Shown here: positions 1 to 11,398 of the stretch, in pieces
How the letters are laid out: the number at the start of each line of letters is the position of its first letter
Numbering within the stretch: position 1 is the stretch's first letter
Origin: Paraphysomonas bandaiensis
Lineage: Eukaryota > Protista > Chrysophyceae
Direction of reading: 5' to 3'
Assembly: GCA_965644295.1 (NCBI GenBank)
Contig: CBFFRP010000287.1
Coordinates: 62,001-126,000, forward strand
DNA length: 64,000 nt
The notes under the pieces: generated by a model
Told to the model about the DNA's origin: nothing
The model's database searches: none
What the model saw: the letters and a program-made list of their open reading frames with translations, nothing else
Program-made: the position numbers and the translations under genes

Positions 1-1
1 A

Positions 2-1456
2 TCGTCATTTCCTACTTGTTACCCTTCTGTATCGGAAACTGTTGTATGCCTTCCAGGCGATCGTGAGTACTGTAATAATCGGGGATTTTGTTCTCCAACC
101 GGTGAAGAATGTGTTTGTGACGATTTTTTGCATTATTGGCCCTCTGAAAGATGTGCTACATGGCATGATGGTCGTGAGCTTGAGGACGGTTGGTTTTGCT
201 ACCCGAATACTGTGGATCAGTACTGTAGTTGGATGGGAGTATGTGATTCATCTGGATTGGAGTGCTTATGTTTTGATTATCAGCATCGGTCCACTGTGGA
301 TCGCTGTTTGACTTGGTTTCCGGCACCTACTCCTTCTCCAGCTGTAGCTTCTACTGAGCCGACTGTTGACATAACTTGTGTTCCAGGAGATCGTAAGTAC
401 TGTAATAATCGGGGATTTTGCTCTCCAACCGGTGAAGATTGTGTTTGTGACGATTTTTTGCATTATTGGCCCTCTGAAAGATGTGCTACATGGCATGATG
501 GTCGTGAGCTTGAGGACGGTTGGTTTTGCTACCCGAATACTGTGGATCAGTACTGTAGTTGGATGGGAGTATGTGATTCATCTGGATTGGAGTGTATATG
601 TCAGGATTCTGAACATAGATCATCTACAGATCGTTGTTCGACGTGGTCCCCTGTGCCAACACCACGTTCCGTAGCTACTCCTCATTCCTGTACACCAGAC
701 TCACGGTCTGATTGTAATAATCGAGGGAGGTGTCATTCTGATGGAAAATCATGCGTGTGTGATGACCCTTTGCATTACTGGCCCTCGGAAATGTGTTCTA
801 CCTATCATCATGGATCTCAACTCGAAGAATCCCAGTGTTGTACTCCGAATTCAATCGACTATTACTGTGCATGGATGGGAGTATGTGATTCCACTGGATC
901 AAAATGTATATGCAATGATCCAGATCACAGAATTGCTTCAGAGCGTTGTCAGTATTATCATGATATTGTACCGTACTCTCCTGCGCCTTCCAGTACCTTT
1001 TCATGTCCAGAACTTATGTCTATAGGTGAACATGACTCATTTGGAAACAAGCCAAGAAGATTCTTCAACTCTGATAATTCTGTGTATTGGCTCATTTCTC
1101 TTATCGCCGTCATCACAGTACTTGCCGTTGTTGTTGCCTGGGTTCTAGTATCATCCAGGCATGCTAAAAATGTAGAAGGCACTTCTCACCAATTTCCAGA
1201 GCGGAACTCATTTCAAGTTATCTCTCCTTATTACGGCAATACGAATTTGGGAGCTGATAATGTTCCATCAGATGCACGTGCTGAAGTTGAGCTACGATCG
1301 AACTCGTTTGCAAGATTGCGATCCACTATTGGCCGGAAATCTCTACAGCCGTTCAATCGATCTTCAGTGTATGAGGAATTCGAGGATACCCAAGATAATG
1401 ACATTACGGATAAATCTTCTGTTGCCGTAGTGCAAAATGATTATGCCAGAGTGTGA
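2..1456 (+). CDS. Cys-rich EGF/tenascin-like repeat single-pass membrane protein (5' partial)
   Basis: Frame is open from the window start. Three repeats of YCNNRGxC..CVCDD.LHYWPSE.C..YC.WMGVC..C.C are joined by Pro/Ser/Thr linkers, followed by a TM helix (WLISLIAVITVLAVVVAWVLV) and a cytoplasmic tail. Confidence 0.8.
   Translation, partial: SSFPTCYPSVSETVVCLPGDREYCNNRGFCSPTGEECVCDDFLHYWPSERCATWHDGRELEDGWFCYPNTVDQYCSWMGVCDSSGLECLCFDYQHRSTVDRCLTWFPAPTPSPAVASTEPTVDITCVPGDRKYCNNRGFCSPTGEDCVCDDFLHYWPSERCATWHDGRELEDGWFCYPNTVDQYCSWMGVCDSSGLECICQDSEHRSSTDRCSTWSPVPTPRSVATPHSCTPDSRSDCNNRGRCHSDGKSCVCDDPLHYWPSEMCSTYHHGSQLEESQCCTPNSIDYYCAWMGVCDSTGSKCICNDPDHRIASERCQYYHDIVPYSPAPSSTFSCPELMSIGEHDSFGNKPRRFFNSDNSVYWLISLIAVITVLAVVVAWVLVSSRHAKNVEGTSHQFPERNSFQVISPYYGNTNLGADNVPSDARAEVELRSNSFARLRSTIGRKSLQPFNRSSVYEEFEDTQDNDITDKSSVAVVQNDYARV
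68..960 (+). repeat. Intragenic tandem repeat, 330-bp period (third unit diverged)
   Basis: 68-265 is nearly identical to 398-595; the third unit starts at ~713. Confidence 0.85.
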
Positions 1457-1845
1457 TCGCTGTTTGTGGTTCATGTAATCTGTTTGATGCGACATTTTAT
1501 GGTATAAATGCTAATACATTCGTGTTTTGAAATGGCACTCCTACTTCACATCGATTGCATTCAATGCAGTTGTAAAAATTGTAGTAGATAAATTATTAGT
1601 CTTGTAGGAATATCTTTAAGCAATGATTATTATTATCATGATGTGATAGTTTTCTGCTTAAAGTAATACTTTAGGATTGATTATATTCATGCTTACACTG
1701 CAACCACATTCCAGGACATGTTTTCTACGAAGTACGTCAATATCATAAATCTGCTACGCGACTGTGAAGATTGCCATCAATAGTTCTTCTGCCGTACTCA
1801 TGTAATAATCAGACTTTCATATATAGTTCTTCTAGAATTATACTT

Positions 1846-1929
1846 TAAGTACCGGATAGATTTCTTCGGAAAACTAACGTGAGCCGCAAACACAAAGAAC
1901 GTTCTTCCCAATCATAGCCAAATGCTTGT
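1846..1929 (+). mobile_element. Fragment of ribozyme-headed SINE-like element (P4-J4/2-P2' portion)
   Basis: taagtaccgga...ggaaaactaacgtgagccgc...catagccaaatgcttgt matches the copies at 7105, 27042 and 38680. Confidence 0.7.
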
Positions 1930-2255
1930 AATTGCAATTAAATTGCATGAATTTTACGTAACAATTGAAATTTAATTGCTCGCTGGAAGTTTGCAAAGAA
2001 ATTGAAATTAATTGGAAATTATTTCTCTGGAGACAATACCCATATGAATCCAAAGTTGGTCAGACTTATTGGTCTAAAAATTGATAAGATTGTGCCATTG
2101 ATAGAATGCGCTTTACACAAACTGAACTTTGCTGTGCTTCTATGTTGTGAAGAGCATTACGCTGGGCTGATGGATAGCATTACCAAACTGTGCAAACAGC
2201 TCGTACTCTGAAAAATGCAAGCAAATTCATGAAACAAGACTTGCCATGTGCTCTT

Positions 2256-2658
2256 TCAAAAAAGTCGGACTCGCACCTTTTCATGGTGTTCTGGGGGATA
2301 AGTACAACGTTTATATTTCTCCGGGAAACTAACGTTCTTCCCACTCATTGCCAAATGCTTGTGTGACACAAGGAACACTAATATATGTGTCACTTGTGTG
2401 TAGATGTCTTTGGACCTTGACGAATAGACAGGCACCAGGGACGGTGCTGCCTGCAGAAGTCAAGCATCCGGGCTGTTCACCTTAAGAACAGAGAACGAAA
2501 GTGGTTGCACCTTGGTGTTTGTGGTGATGCACAAGCAGCTTTCGTAGCGTTAAATATAGTAGTATATCAGTGTTAAGCACTAGTTAGTTAAATTGTCTAG
2601 CTACATTAGCTCTGACTCTCACACGCCTATTGCGAATAATCAGACATTCACTACTACT
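2256..2658 (+). mobile_element. Ribozyme-headed SINE-like element, copy A
   Basis: TSD atgtgctctt at 2246-2255 and 2659-2668; ctactact tail. Removing the element restores the hAT reading frame. Confidence 0.85.
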
Positions 2659-2951
2659 ATGTGCTCTTGTGAGGAATGACACTCGGTGGGGTTCCATATA
2701 CCATGCTCCAAAGATTTTTGGAGTTCGCAGAAGATCTGGCCTGGTGCTATTTTGGCGATGCGGTGTCGACTAACCGACGAGAAGACACCAAGCGCACCAA
2801 GAACAAAGCGACTACGACCAAACCAACTAAGTACAGCTGCTTGAAGTATATTTACTCCACTACTAATTATGTAGAAGGCGTTTCAGTAGAGCAAAATCAA
2901 CATGAGTGATCTGCTCAAATTCATGGCATCTCATCGATTGGAGGCCCTTAT

Positions 2952-3032
2952 GCTCTTGCGCTTTAATATTCTGTGTAAATGCAAGTACAGTTGCTCTTGC
3001 GCTTTAATATTCTGTGTAATGCAAGTACAGTT
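2952..3032. repeat. ~41-bp tandem duplication
   Basis: gctcttgcgctttaatattctgtgtaa(a)tgcaagtacagtt occurs twice in tandem. Confidence 0.85.
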
Positions 3033-4851
3033 GAAGATGCTATTTGTGCTTGTAATGAGTAACTAATTCAATTATACAATAATTGGCAATTATAATTGCA
3101 ATTCATTGTTACGCAACCCTGGTGCATACAAATCGATAATTTGAGTCGAACGGCATTGTGCGCAGTGAAACTATCTTTGCAGAACGCAACCTAATTTTAG
3201 CTAACTTCGGTTCCTCTACCGCCATGTGCATGTGGTTGCAATTCTACCGTTTTTACTGCACGAATAAAACATTTCTGAGTATTAGCTAGCTAGCAACGTG
3301 CGCGGTTTGCCTTTTGTCGTACTCCTTTGTATGCAATATTATCTACTTTTCAACAACAAAAACTGGCAAACCACATTGCCAAGTATTATGACCTCAACTT
3401 TATATAGAACTCCCGTTAGAGACATTGCACTGTCACAAAGCAAGCCCCACACATTTTGCGGGACCACAACATCTCGAACAGCTCTGAGGCATCTTTCCAA
3501 TCCTACAAAACTCTTAAGCTTTCATTTCCTATCAATCTCGTCACGCATATTTTACAATAACTACCATCACCACAACAACACACAAGGTGGAGAAAACTTT
3601 AGAATTTTTCTTTTTCTTGTATCTGCCATTCCGCTACACTTCATATTTCATATTACGCCATCCATACACAGGAACTAAAGTTAATAAAATAGAATTGAAA
3701 TATTGATATTTCTATGTCCTCCTCAATCTTCTAAATATATTTTATTATTTATTCGGCAAACTGTGTGTGTCCACAAACCAACCCCATAAAATAACATCTG
3801 ATTATTGTAATGAGCTATACTTAAGGAAGCTTTCTATGTCACAAGTAGAGGATAACACAATGCATGACAACTTTACCTATCTAGTCCTGAGAAGCAATTT
3901 CACTAAATAGTGGTATCAGGAGTTCCTACAGTGTTTCTCCAGAGTTGCTAAGCATTACTGCAAGTGACATGCTGCAGCATACAAAGCACAATTGAATGCA
4001 AAACATCTTTATGATGGGCAGTAGAAATATTTCAACCACTCTATTAAAGATGACCTCGATATATAGCTTCAAAAATTATGAATCTATAGATACAGAATAT
4101 TGCGCAATATTAAGATGTGGGTGAATTAGAGCGCATAGAATGACAGTGGTCGTATCGCTTCCTCCATTGCTATATCTGAGTTAATTACGAATTGCTGGTT
4201 AACTACATTAGCATTCGTGATGCCGCATGTAACGAAAGCGAACATGAACATAGGTATTTCCCAATGACCTCTAATACATGAAGTACGAAATGGATCTAGA
4301 AGTGCATTCAATAGTCCGCATATTTAAATGATAGGAATATAGTTGCTGTATGCATGCCTTGTAAATATCTATGGCATGAATATGCGTGTCCCGAATAGCA
4401 ACTGTGAGAGGATTAAATTCCTACTTTACGCAAGGTGTGTACACTAAAAATAGCGGTATTTTATGTATTGTGACCAATATATCCCGAAATTACGTATTGG
4501 ACAGTGATTGTAACGGTTGAAAAGGCAATTGGTGAAACTGATATCGACACATACACATATACATACACATACACACACTGCTGTATACCCCCCATACACA
4601 CACCTCATCTGCACTGCTCACTGCTGAGGCAGCAGAAGACGTGACTGAATTAAGGTATACAGCACGCTCCCTCACCCCTTGATTAAAGCTCTTAATAGTG
4701 AGCCATTTAAGCTGTTGTGTAATCTCGCATAGGGAGCATTTAATATATGCGCAGTCACAACTCGAAATATTTTGTGTAGTATCAAACGAAAAAAAGCTCA
4801 TTGCTTCGACGTGATTGTTGTCATAATTTAGCCGCTCTGTGTATTCGTGGG

Positions 4852-6677
4852 ATGTCGTTTACTGCATCATTTAGTTATAATCGCTTTTCTATAGATGATG
4901 AAATCGAAAGGTGTACGCAGGAGGTGTTTGAAACCGTGTGGGCATCGTTTTCATCTGAAATTGATGTTAAGTGGGTGAAGACATTGGAGATTCCGTTATC
5001 AACTGAGATTGCTATGCATAAACTGCATGAAGTCGTACATCTCGCTACTTTTATGCATGATGGAAATTTCACAGAGGGTGTTCCATTGGAACATTTTACA
5101 CCAGATAAGGAGCCTGTGCCAATACCTGTCGATAACTGGGCGAGAGGAGCAGGTACGTCTAAATTGTAACGTAATTATGCAGCGCACTCATTTTTGCAAT
5201 ACAGTTCCGATTCGGCATATTGCAGCCGTTGATGACACAATGTATAAAGGAGATATGGGGAGTGATGGTACGAGAACACCGAGTGTGAGTAGTATGCGTT
5301 CGTCTACAACAGGTCGTACGAAGTCTTCATCCAGTAGTCACCATCGCGGTGCCTCTCGCGGAGGAGTTATGCGCACAGACTTTCACGATAACTCACCCAA
5401 AATCATTGAACTTGATGACGAGTACTCATCAGTTCCTGGAGATTCTGGGAATATCAATGGTACAGGCTATATGTACGACATGCTTCAAAAAGCGGTAGGC
5501 ACATTCGTACATGATTTTCGAAGGAATAACCCATTTATTCAGAATAATCGATTGAAAAAACAAGCCCATGCAGATGATGATGTCAAGGATGAGTTCCAAA
5601 CGCTTGAAGAAGAAGTACAACGGGCTGCTGCTGAACTGAAGGGGAAGAAGTATGCATTCGATCAAAACGGAAAGCCAATAACTATCAGCGTTGTTAAGCC
5701 AGATAGTCTTCCGCCGTATGCTTACCAGCCCTCTCTTAATGTCAACACTGAAAGTTCAAGTGACTCTTTGAAGAAAGGGAAAAAGACGAAGAAAAAGATT
5801 CGAGTTGCAGGCTCCCGAAGTGTCGATCACCCACAATTTTTGCCAACAGCATCACTGGCAACTGCACTTTCATCACATGCTTCAATATCGTTGAACCCTG
5901 GCGTAACCCTTCAGAGTGGTGACATTATTCGTGAGGGTCCTGTCCGTTCTGATGATCCAAAGGTAGTAGAGTAATTGACGTTGTTGTTTATAGTATCATT
6001 TCTGTGTTTAACAGAAACCGTCGAGGAAAGAGTTTTTCAATAGACAAGCTATGGCGCGATCCACAGCATCAAGTTTAGATATGAGCAACCGAATTGACCC
6101 TTCTTCACCTTGGTATGACTCTGAGGGCGCTTCACCGACTGTTGGTAGTTCGACTGACGTAATGAAATCTGGTGGATCAATGCTCTCAACAAAAGATAAT
6201 GTAAGCGCTAGCGGATTTAGCACTGGGGCGCGGTACAAAGATATTGATCCAATGGAAGGGGCCCGAAAAATTTCACCGCAGCAAGACACTGAGAGTGCTG
6301 ATGTGAAAACTACAGAAAACATTGAATCTGAAGACAACAGCATAAAGCAACGGCAGTACTCCCGTACTACTCAACCAAAACGCGTTGTTTCACAACCCAT
6401 AAAGCCGACGCAGAAGCAACGAGAAATTGTGAGCTTACTGCATGGGGGAACAGAGAATGCTGGCCCCCGTGATAGAATTTCACATCATGCTCTTGAGTCG
6501 AGGAGAAAAATAACCTTTGCTGAGCAACATTTACCTCGCAGTTTAAGTCCTACTGGTTCCCTAATGCAAAACTCGGCGTTGTCTAATGGGAATGACTCGC
6601 TTTCTGCAACGTCACATTCTGTTAAGGGTGGTAGCGTGAAGCACGAACGACTGGATATTGCGAGAGAGATATTTTGA
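4852..6677 (+). CDS. Conserved uncharacterised protein, C2orf81-like (spliced)
   Basis: ATG 4852; short GT-AG introns join ORFs 4801, 5009 and 6051. The motif DKEPVPIPVDNWARGAVP resembles the C2orf81-type EP.P..ID.WA.G.VP signature. Confidence 0.55.
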
Positions 6678-7104
6678 TGATATATTGAGCTTTTTGCGTT
6701 CTTGTGCTGGAGTTTTGTGTTGTAGTTGATAGTATTATACCATGTAGTCGAATAATAGTTTTAGTATTTAAGTAACCTCAATGCAGTGATTTTAAGTAGA
6801 AATACTCGCGCAGATTCTAGCAGTACTGTGATAGACCACTTGACTTCGTGTTTCCTATGGCTTACGTATGTTGTGTAAAACTAGTAAGGGTTGTACTTAA
6901 TACAGCACATACGTATATAATAATTTGTGTGTATAATACTATGTGAAACTTAAAGTACTATATATTAATGTAATGATGAAGAGTGACCTTGTTTGGTCTT
7001 TAAGATTTACGACATGCAGATTGAAGTAGCCGTAAAGGTTCAAATGTATACGATACTACTACGTGTGCATCACACATCGTACTGTACAATATATCAATAT
7101 ATAT

Positions 7105-7192
7105 CCCTCAATAAAGTCGGACTCGCACCTTTCGTGGTGTTTTGGGGGATAAGTACCAGAGAGATTTTCTCTGGGAAACTAACGTAAGCCGC
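7105..7192 (+). ncRNA. Putative HDV-like self-cleaving ribozyme at the element 5' end
   Basis: Elements occur in HDV order: P2 (cggactcgc), P3 (acc), L3 (tttcgt), P3' (ggt), P1' and G-run, P4 (ccagaga/tctctgg), J4/2 (CTAA, C7179), P2' (gt[a/g]agccg). P1 and P1.1 are imperfect. Confidence 0.65.
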
Positions 7193-7540
7193 AAACATAG
7201 TCAGCAGATATTCTTCTGTCTAGTCATAGCCGAATGCTTGTGTGGTACAAGGGACACCAATGAGTGTCACTTGTGTAGACGTCTTTGGGCCCTGATGAAT
7301 AAACAGACATCCGGGAATGGGCCCAACTCAAGGGCATCCGGGATAGGGCCCACCGGAAGGGTAACCGGGGATATTGGGCCGCCTAATGAAGTTAAGCAGC
7401 TTCCGTAGCGTTAAATAGTAGGGTAAAAAAAGTGTGTATTGATTAGTTACAGGTAGAGGTCTAACTAGTTTGTCTAGCATTCATCCAGCTACTAAGTTGG
7501 TGCAGGTTTTTATCGCCTATTGCTAATAATAAGACTTTGA
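7105..7540 (+). mobile_element. Ribozyme-headed SINE-like element, copy B
   Basis: 14-bp TSD atatcaatatatat at 7091-7104 and 7541-7554; begins ccctcaa-aaagtcggactcgcacc. Confidence 0.85.
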
Positions 7541-7587
7541 ATATCAATATATATTGTACTGTATACTGTATAGTATTGTATTTAGAA

Positions 7588-7880
7588 CCCTCAAAAAGTC
7601 GGACTTCCACCTTCTTTTCGTGGTGTTTTGGGGGATAAGTGTCGGAGATATTTATCCGGGAAACTAACGTGAGCCTGAAACATATGATAGCCAGCAGATA
7701 ACGTCCTGCCTACTCATCTACTCATAGCCTAATGCTTGTGTATAGTCGTCTTTGGGCCTTGACAAATAAACAGGGATCAGGATGTAGGATATCATAGTTA
7801 TGCACTAGTTAGTTAAATTGTTTGCTACATTAGTTCTGACTCTTCCATGCTTATTGCTAATAATAAGACATGTACTACTA
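7588..7880 (+). mobile_element. Ribozyme-headed SINE-like element, copy C (internally deleted)
   Basis: Same 5' head and the 3' end tattgctaataataagaca-tactacta; TSD degenerate. Confidence 0.8.
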
Positions 7881-8292
7881 TAGTTTATTTGCTAAACATA
7901 AACGATGCTGCTAGCACAATTATTGTGAGTATGATCTACTAGTCATGTCAGATCCGAATACGAAAACTACGAATAAAGTGCAAGCCATAATCTAAAAAGC
8001 CCAATAATTTAATAAATTCCAATGACTCGACTGCTTACATTCTATTACTAAACAAGAAAAAGACTGTGCGCTCTTAGGCTCTTACCACTATAACGGTCTA
8101 AAACTATTCTCTATTGATAACGTCTGTAGGCATAATAACACTATATAACCATTGCACAACATATGTACAGCTAAGTGTCAAATAAAACTAGAAGTATCAC
8201 TACTAAAAACTACAATGAACTCATATATGATAAATGAATTCAACTGGAGGACACTATCACAGTCCAAGGTATATGTACACTTTCAAAATACA

Positions 8293-9372
8293 CTAGCAAC
8301 ATTCCTCGGCCCGATGTTGATGATAAGCATTATCATCTTTGGTATCGTACATCCACTCGTATTCAGCCAAATCGATACTGCCCCATGATATATCACGAGT
8401 ATATAGATGTGCCGAGCCCAGGCCTTCTCTATGCGGCTGCGGTTGCGCATAGGTGAGTTGATCGTTGTCAGCAAAATCGCTGAGTAAAGATGAATTACGT
8501 AGAAGATAAGTACCATCGACAACAGGTTCGACGAATTCTTCAGTAAAAGAATCAAAGTCAATAATATCTACACTTTCATTTCCGGAAGAATTGCTACTAA
8601 ACAATTGCGGCGGATCCTCAAAAATAAAATCATCGGGAATTAACTTCCTGTATGCCTGGTCACGCTGCTTTCGTTCTATTTTCAATGGAGAATGCTGTTG
8701 GTGCTTGGCTACTGTCTTCTTCCTGTACGGACGTTTTTGCTTGTTAGTTTTCTTCGCTTTCCACTTGTAGCGCTTCGCAGGGAGCACATTCCCCTCACAT
8801 TCATAAATTTTTACACGATCACAGGTTGGGCGAGTTTGTCCCGAACCTGTGATATAGGTTGCTCCATAGCCCTCAACAAACTTTGGGACAACGTCCAATG
8901 CAACGCCTTTATTTTTTTTTGCTGGAATGATTTGAAATAGAATATGCATCCAGTTCGCTGTCTGCAGCAACCGCTGTCTCTCACGTTCATCTCGAACACT
9001 CATTTCAGGGTACTTCTCTAAAAAGTCTTCCATCGATTTGTACTTCAGATTTACTCCAGTTTCTGGCAAGGAGTTGATTAGGTGAAGAATTACCCGTAAG
9101 AAGCTGTTTGTAAGGGTATTTTTTCGAATTAATCCACGCACCAATTCACTAGTCGCATTCACGATATCGCTGAAACTGCCAGCACTGTTGGCCATAGTAG
9201 AAACTCGGGTAGCATGCAGTATCAATGACTGCTGTTCAGCAGGTGATAAAACGTCAACGATGGACTTTTCAGCATCATACTTATGGGACCATGACTGGCG
9301 CAGTAAAGGAGGTATTGTATTAGGATCATCAAATCCAATGGAGTTCGAGACAGATATAGCGGACGATTGCAT
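8293..9372 (-). CDS. Hypothetical intronless protein, putative lineage-specific DNA-binding regulator
   Basis: 359-aa ORF with a globular core (ANWM..NKG..EG..YITGSGQT..RVKIYE.EG), a basic NLS-like stretch and an acidic tail. Confidence 0.65.
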   Translation of the reverse strand: MQSSAISVSNSIGFDDPNTIPPLLRQSWSHKYDAEKSIVDVLSPAEQQSLILHATRVSTMANSAGSFSDIVNATSELVRGLIRKNTLTNSFLRVILHLINSLPETGVNLKYKSMEDFLEKYPEMSVRDERERQRLLQTANWMHILFQIIPAKKNKGVALDVVPKFVEGYGATYITGSGQTRPTCDRVKIYECEGNVLPAKRYKWKAKKTNKQKRPYRKKTVAKHQQHSPLKIERKQRDQAYRKLIPDDFIFEDPPQLFSSNSSGNESVDIIDFDSFTEEFVEPVVDGTYLLRNSSLLSDFADNDQLTYAQPQPHREGLGSAHLYTRDISWGSIDLAEYEWMYDTKDDNAYHQHRAEECC

Positions 9373-10023
9373 ATTTTACCACTAAATACTATATATTATG
9401 AAAGAGATTCTCGGTACAGTAATCAGATAACCAGACACTCTCTGTGTACAACGAAACGGAGTTCTCAGAATCTGTAAAGAGAAAACAAAACGAATGGAGC
9501 CCTTCAGATATATTAAGAAAGGCAGATGTGTGGTTGAGTAACGTACTCAAGCGCGACGATGACAAGGGTATGGGTAAGGGATTGTTTGTGTGGAGTTGTG
9601 TTAAGTGTTCAAATGACCGGAACTTTGCCCCCAAATATTGCCAGTCAGAACAAGATTCCCGGATATTTCTTCCATGTAATTGTAAGGACATTGTGTATTC
9701 CCGAACTTTTCTGAATGTATGAGGTGTGAAAATTTCATTGGATGACAGAACTTTGGTGGGGGATCACAAAATACTAAAAAAACTGTATATTCCTGAAAAA
9801 CAGTGATTTCCAGAAAAAAAAGAATACCGAATGAACAGCCTTACATACATACATGATATACAGTGCTACTCGACGTAATACACGTGAATACCATGGAATA
9901 CAGTATACCATATGCATGCGTATAGGCAGCATACCCAACTAAGTCTATGATGATAGCATGAGCTAGATGGCCCAGCTGAATAATACGAGCTCGAACCAAT
10001 ATCGGTGACTCTATTTGCCTCGA

Positions 10024-10372
10024 ATGGGAGAAAGTTCAGATAATTCACCACCTGACGGTAAGAGTGATGCCCGAGATAGCAGATTGGGATACATCCGCAA
10101 AACAGAAGAGGAGGCCATAAGAAAGAGACTGATAGCTGAAGCAAATGAGAAATGCCAAGACTTTTACCATGCCTTCGGAGAATGTGCGAAAGCTAACGGG
10201 GTACTTGTGGTGTTGAAATGCAGAAGAGAAAATCTCGCAAGTACTGTTGCATATCATTTACATTCCATGCATAACCTGATATTGTGCAGTTAGTACATGC
10301 ATAGAGACACATTATAACGAGGACGTGTTTCAAAAGTATATTCAGGACCGCGGACTAAAAGTTAGACCTTGA
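10024..10372 (+). CDS. CMC1: Cmc1-like twin CX9C mitochondrial COX biogenesis protein (one intron)
   Basis: RKTEEEAIRK..ANEKCQDFYHAFGECAKANGVLVVLKCRRENLA|ISTC; intron 10241-10289 restores the second CX9C. Confidence 0.75.
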
Positions 10373-10593
10373 TTAGATTGTATTGTGACGCGTTTAGAAA
10401 TTTGCTATTCCAATTGTCAATCTGAATTAGTGCAATGACGAAGTGAAACGTAATTATCGGATGAAAGGAATAGTTTTTAAATTAGTAATACTGTACTAAT
10501 TGCTAAGAAATAGGAGCCATAATTGCTTTTGCTCGGTAACCATGTGATATAGGAATTAAATGAACAGATCTTTCCATTCATATCACTGTAAAC

Positions 10594-11398
10594 CAGGGAT
10601 AGGGAACAATATATTGTATTGCAATACATTGTACAATATATTGCAATATATTGTAAAATATATTGATTGGTGGACTGGTCAAATATTCCATCAATAGTGC
10701 TTCTGTTAAAAGGCCTCACAATACTATTGCAATATATTGCAATCAATATTATGATAGTCATATAAGAAAAGATTCTCAACTGTAAGGTGCAAAATGGATA
10801 TAAATAACAGAGAAATTGATTACAACATTACAAAAGATGATGAAGCTGATGTTCAATGTTGACTACGCGAATAAAAATCTTCAGTCAGCTCAAAAAATTA
10901 AGAAACGTACAGATCCACGAGTCATTAACGGTTGCCTGGCCCTGGTATGTACTTCCAATACATGGGAACGTCTGTTCAGCACAGCTAAACATATTATATC
11001 AGTGTTGTGCAAAAGTATCCATCCTACTTAATATGCTGTTGTTTCTGAAAGCTATTCGACAGTTATGGCCTGATACTAGCATATTTCAATTAATTCTGTG
11101 GATGAATATGGTGATGTTGACGTCACCGATGATGGCTCAGAGGATGAGGACGAGGTGGATTTTTAGTAGCTATAAGCAGCAGTTGGTTTGGTTGTCATGT
11201 GATCTTTATGACTAATACTAAAAATGAAATCTACGGATGTGTTTACTACTGATTAGTTATACTAATATATTGCAATACATTGACAATATATTGCAATATA
11301 TTGTAATTGTATTGTGGGACCGGTTTAAAAAATCCAACAATACTATTGATGGAACGCTATCTAACAATAGTATTGCAATATATTGTTCCCAATCCCTG
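10594..11398 (+). mobile_element. Non-autonomous hAT element with intact TIRs and 8-bp TSD
   Basis: TIR cagggat[a/t]gggaacaatatattg; TSD ctgtaaac at 10586-10593 and 11399-11406; hAT dimerisation-domain remnant CTSNTWERLFSTAK..LLFLKAIRQLW. Confidence 0.92.

Larger units (their letters stand above)
1927..3121 (+). mobile_element. Degenerate hAT DNA transposon (transposase pseudogene) interrupted by a SINE-like insertion
   Basis: Transposase remnants GDNTHMNPKL..PLIECALHKLNFAV and, across the insertion, LPCALVRNDTRWGSI..MLQRFLEF (hAT CxxH and TRW motifs). AATTG-rich subterminal repeats occur at both ends and the right end is ...gcaaccctg. Confidence 0.7.

Noticed and set aside
4547-4605. (ACAT)n/(AC)n tract
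   Set aside because: Ordinary microsatellite.
7290-7300. CTGATGA/CTGACGA hammerhead-like core inside the repeat (also ~27482 and ~38870)
   Set aside because: Not conserved in all copies (ttgacga in others), and no stem II plus GAAA at a workable distance.
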